Source of the DNA: a virus
Taxonomy: Duplodnaviria > Caudoviricetes
Length of the DNA: 39,655 nucleotides
Direction: 5' to 3' (one strand)
Virus record (IMG/VR): IMGVR_UViG_3300037483_000335
Location: 1-39,655 of that record
Part shown: positions 36,611 to 39,655 of the stretch, in pieces
How the letters are laid out: every line of letters begins with the position of its first letter
Position numbering within the stretch: position 1 is the stretch's first letter
Notes under the pieces: generated by a model
Told to the model about the DNA's origin: nothing
The model's input: only the letters and a program-made list of their open reading frames with translations
Database searches by the model: none
Made by a program: the position numbers and the translations under genes

Positions 36611-36658
36611 ATCGACATTTCGTTGAATGTATCATTGTATCAATTGCCTGTTTGCCCC

Positions 36659-36687
36659 TTGACATGTGTACTACAATGTAGTACACT
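36659..36687 (+). promoter_or_regulatory. Promoter with a perfect palindromic operator (cassette C)
   Basis: TTGACA-17-TACACT; GTGTACTACA-A-TGTAGTACAC. Confidence 0.75.
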
Positions 36688-36725
36688 AAGTATAGTCAAG
36701 TACGAATTCAAACAAGGAGATTGAA

Positions 36726-37040
36726 ATGTCAACACTAGATGATTTTTTCGGAGATGGTCGAACTAAAAAAGAGCCTGAATGTTCTTATTGTGGCGGCAAA
36801 GATGGCGAATTGAAAGTTTCCATTAGTGACGCTTACGGACCTACTCACTGGTCGCATCCTGTGTGCAAGGAGAAGATGGAAGCGGAACGCGAACAGAAAG
36901 CTGAAGCGAGCCGCCAGAGTGCATTTCGCGCAGCGTACAACGACTGGATGGAAGAAGGCGGAAAGTTGGAAGATTATCTTTCCGCAGGAGCAAACGGCGA
37001 CCAATACAGCGATCAGGCTGGAATTGACGATGAAGAATAA
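36726..37040 (+). CDS. Zn-finger hypothetical protein (cassette C gene 1)
   Basis: AAGGAG RBS; CSYC...HPVC. Confidence 0.65.
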   Translation: MSTLDDFFGDGRTKKEPECSYCGGKDGELKVSISDAYGPTHWSHPVCKEKMEAEREQKAEASRQSAFRAAYNDWMEEGGKLEDYLSAGANGDQYSDQAGIDDEE

Positions 37041-37305
37041 TCGTGCTCAAATCCGTCTCAACGAAAAAGATCAGGCCGCTTACCAGCGCGGCCTGGCGTA
37101 TCTCCAAGAACGCAACCCGCACTTAACTACATCTGAAAGTGACGTGCTTCGTTACGCTCTGCATGTCGCTTTTGGCGACAACCTGCTTTGTCCGTACTGC
37201 GAAAGTGAAATGGTGGAGCATACGGACGACGAAGGCGGCACGCTTGGCATTTGGCACTGTCCAGAGTGTGCCGAAGGAAATGGTCCAGTGGTAATTGAAA
37301 CCTAG
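37030..37305 (+). CDS. Ribbon-helix-helix-like regulator with zinc ribbon (cassette C gene 2)
   Basis: RAQIRLNEKD...SESDVLRYAL; CPYC...CPEC. Confidence 0.6.
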   Translation: MKNNRAQIRLNEKDQAAYQRGLAYLQERNPHLTTSESDVLRYALHVAFGDNLLCPYCESEMVEHTDDEGGTLGIWHCPECAEGNGPVVIET

Positions 37306-37338
37306 CTTGTTATAGAACAAGGACTGTATGGAGACACA

Positions 37339-37509
37339 ATGAGCGTTGACCTGATCGACCTGCTGGCTGAGTTTGCGCGGGTAGCGATCGACGGGTTCCT
37401 GTTCGCCGTCTATGCTGCCGCCTGCTGGGGGATGGTTGCCCCGTGGCCGTGGGAGCCGGAGCCGGTAGAGCCGGCGCCGCAGTACCCGGAATTGCCGCCG
37501 GATTGGTGA
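37339..37509 (+). CDS. Small membrane / Pro-rich protein
   Basis: GGAG RBS; MSVDLIDLL...WGMVAPWPWEPEP... Confidence 0.5.
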   Translation: MSVDLIDLLAEFARVAIDGFLFAVYAAACWGMVAPWPWEPEPVEPAPQYPELPPDW

Positions 37510-37548
37510 GATCGAAAGAACGACATTTCGTTGGATTAGAAGGCTCTT

Positions 37549-37761
37549 ATGAAAGACAGATTACCTACGCCATTTGAAACAAAGGTTTTGCAGCGCATCA
37601 ATCGCCCTGATGCATATAGGTCGCTTGCCGGCAACGGCATGGTAGCGATCTCGGCTGCTTGCCGTCGCCTCGAAAAGCTGGGGTATGCGGCAAAACCAGG
37701 TACTCACTGGTATGTCACTGATAAAGGCGATGAGTACCTTCGGCTAAGGGACTCTGCATAG
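37549..37761 (+). CDS. Small winged-helix-like protein (cassette D)
   Basis: CRRLEKLGY...WYVTDKG. Confidence 0.6.
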   Translation: MKDRLPTPFETKVLQRINRPDAYRSLAGNGMVAISAACRRLEKLGYAAKPGTHWYVTDKGDEYLRLRDSA

Positions 37762-37840
37762 AACAGCACACCTGTAAATTGATGGTTGCATTCGTCGGCT
37801 TTTTGTTGTACAATAGCACCAAAACACGAAAGGCTAAACG

Positions 37841-38002
37841 ATGGCAAAAGACAAAGTGTCAATCCATGTTACCAATGTCCCGCAGTGGCTTTACGAAGAA
37901 GCAAAAATCAAGGCGCTCCGTGAGCAGCGACCCCTTACAGAAGTCATTCGTGAGCTTTTGGAAAAGTGGGTTGGGGAAACGAAGAAAGAACGTGACCCGT
38001 GA
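37841..38002 (+). CDS. Ribbon-helix-helix protein (53 aa)
   Basis: SIHVTNVPQWLYEEAKIKA...LTEVIRELLEKW; promoter TTGCAT-17-TACAAT at 37786-37814. Confidence 0.7.
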   Translation: MAKDKVSIHVTNVPQWLYEEAKIKALREQRPLTEVIRELLEKWVGETKKERDP

Positions 38003-38652
38003 ACGACCGCGCCGTGCTCCTGGGTACGCCAGCCATAGCCGCCGGGGTGTTTGCCGCCGCCGGTGTTGCCATCGTTGCACCAACCAAAATCGAACCGTCT
38101 ACTGTGGGCGGGATTATGGCTTTGATTGGTTGGGCGGCTGGTCATGCTGTCTTGCAAGGGCTGGTCAATCCCGGCGCATGGCAGAGCAGGCGGTATGAGA
38201 TGGCGGCACGGCAGCCTGTAAACACTACGATCAATCTACCCCACGACGACGGGTACACATCCCGCATTTCCAGCGACATTCCGTTGGCCTACTGGCAGGC
38301 GGTGGCTAAGGCGGTGGTTGACCGCCGCGCCAAGAACCTGACGCAGAACATCATCAGGAAAGCATTGCCCAATTTGGTGCAGGACGACCATCGAGACATA
38401 CACGCGCAAATGGTCGGGCTGTTGTCCGCGCCGCTGGTTGGCGTGATTGTCGTAAAAAATAATCACAACGAGATTACGCACCCGGTGGGGTGGTCCTTCT
38501 TCGCGCGTGTGGGGAATGGGATGAATGCACCGTTATATCAGTACAATCTCCACCACTCCCCACGGAAGGCGGATGTACCCCCAAGTGGCGCATTTCTCTC
38601 AACACGCGCGCCCGCCGCGCGCGATTTAGGCAGTGGGTGGGTGCAATTGTAG
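37999..38652 (+). CDS. Hypothetical protein with N-terminal TM segments
   Basis: GTGA-coupled; hydrophobic N-terminus. Confidence 0.55.
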   Translation: MNDRAVLLGTPAIAAGVFAAAGVAIVAPTKIEPSTVGGIMALIGWAAGHAVLQGLVNPGAWQSRRYEMAARQPVNTTINLPHDDGYTSRISSDIPLAYWQAVAKAVVDRRAKNLTQNIIRKALPNLVQDDHRDIHAQMVGLLSAPLVGVIVVKNNHNEITHPVGWSFFARVGNGMNAPLYQYNLHHSPRKADVPPSGAFLSTRAPAARDLGSGWVQL

Positions 38653-38667
38653 AAAGGATTTGAAGCG

Positions 38668-39012
38668 ATGACACGCGATGAAATTTTGAAGTTAGAAGCA
38701 GGTAGGGAAATGGACGCGCTGATTGGAGAGTTTATTTTTGGTTTCTCGAAACCATTCCCTGTATACGAACCGATGAAGAGTAAGCACGGGGATTATATGG
38801 TGCGCCCCATATCTGAATACTCTAACGATATTTCCGCAGCCTGGGACGTGGTTGAGTGGCTAAAGGATGGATACCTGGACTTCGATTTGTATTATCAACC
38901 TGCAAGGGGCGGGTGGCTGTGCGCGTTTGGCCCACATCTTGATAAATCGCCAACTTCCAAAACCCCCGCGCTTGCCATCTGTCGCGCCGCATTGTTGGCG
39001 GTGCAATTGTAG
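38668..39012 (+). CDS. Phage ABA-sandwich-domain-like protein
   Basis: AGREMDALI, YSNDISAAW.VVE, PALAICRAALLA. Confidence 0.75.
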   Translation: MTRDEILKLEAGREMDALIGEFIFGFSKPFPVYEPMKSKHGDYMVRPISEYSNDISAAWDVVEWLKDGYLDFDLYYQPARGGWLCAFGPHLDKSPTSKTPALAICRAALLAVQL

Positions 39013-39025
39013 AAAGGAGTATGAA

Positions 39026-39193
39026 ATGTATCGACCAGGAGATCCATTCAAGGGTACGTCAGGTAAACCCGATTCTTCGAGTGGTATGACGTGTCCGCAT
39101 TGCGGGCGGAGGATAGTCGCGTTGAAAAAAGACGCGAAGGGAAACAAAATTTGTCCGTCTTGTGGCAAGATCATCCAAGAGGCGGGGCGATGA
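39026..39193 (+). CDS. Zinc-ribbon protein
   Basis: CPHC...CPSC; AAGGAG RBS. Confidence 0.55.
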   Translation: MYRPGDPFKGTSGKPDSSSGMTCPHCGRRIVALKKDAKGNKICPSCGKIIQEAGR

Positions 39194-39432
39194 CCACCAC
39201 CATTTGCCCACACTGTAAAGCCGATGGCATCCCGAACCGCATCGGATACCAACAATGCCCGCGCTGCAAAGGCTGGGTGCAGGTCATCCCGCCGCCGCCG
39301 CCGAACCTGATCAGTAAAGCCGGCTGCCTGTTCGAGGGAGCCAAAGCATACGTATTTTTGTGCGGGGGGCTAGCCTTCGTGTTCGCGTGTTTGTATCTCG
39401 GAGTATCGGTATTCGCGGGAGCAATGCCATGA
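39190..39432 (+). CDS. Zinc ribbon plus C-terminal TM protein
   Basis: CPHC...CPRC; hydrophobic tail. Confidence 0.55.
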   Translation: MTTTICPHCKADGIPNRIGYQQCPRCKGWVQVIPPPPPNLISKAGCLFEGAKAYVFLCGGLAFVFACLYLGVSVFAGAMP

Positions 39433-39655
39433 CCACGAAAGCTAAACTACTTTTGGCCGCGTTTGTCATCGCGCCGCCAGCGGTTGCCGCGTTTGTTGTC
39501 TGGCTGGCGGAGGTGTGGAAGTGAAGAAACTAAATCCAAAAGACTATCCCTATCTCGCCGCACTCATCCAGGCGTTGCAATATGGACATGCGGGTTTTGT
39601 GATGCTGTCTTATGCGGGAGCCTTCTTTGCTGGCACGCTGGGCCTGCTGATGTCC

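Noticed and set aside
34967-37422. CRISPR array or DGR template/variable repeat as the explanation for the repeats
   Set aside because: Repeats are 111-161 bp, coding and irregularly spaced; mismatches are few and not adenine-specific; no reverse transcriptase or cas gene is present
1-39655. tRNA, rRNA, integrase, endolysin
   Set aside because: No convincing cloverleaf, rRNA, recombinase catalytic motif or peptidoglycan-hydrolase motif recognised by eye; they may lie outside the window

Overview
Most of a tailed dsDNA phage or prophage genome (siphovirus-like, non-contractile tail). Order: a partial Asp-box (sialidase-like) gene and a free-standing LAGLIDADG endonuclease; packaging and head genes (TerS, TerL, portal, MuF, scaffold, capsid); neck and tail genes (two paralogous tail-tube genes, a -1 frameshifted tail chaperone, tape measure, Dit, tail tip); a control region; recombination and replication genes (RecT-like annealase, SSB, initiator with iterons, helicase loader); two DNA methyltransferases; and an accessory region. 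No integrase, clear CI repressor or endolysin was recognised. The SSB signature suggests a Chloroflexota-like host (weak inference). Main hunt results: (1) a recurring 6-6-6 quasi-palindrome (ATAGAA-N6-TTCTAT consensus) sits at gene or cargo boundaries in a cassette-like array at 35-37.8 kb, where one duplicated locus carries two different cargos; (2) an IbrA/IbrB (PAPS-reductase + ParB-like) cassette in the tail operon is bracketed by an 18-bp inverted pair of the same site type; (3) a 60-aa antisense ORF made almost entirely of the three signature motifs of a type I HsdM-like methyltransferase; (4) two sequence-unrelated leaders share an A-B-A'-B' alternative-pairing RNA architecture; (5) a coding-like second frame inside the C5 methyltransferase. 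All family assignments come from motif reading, not database searches.
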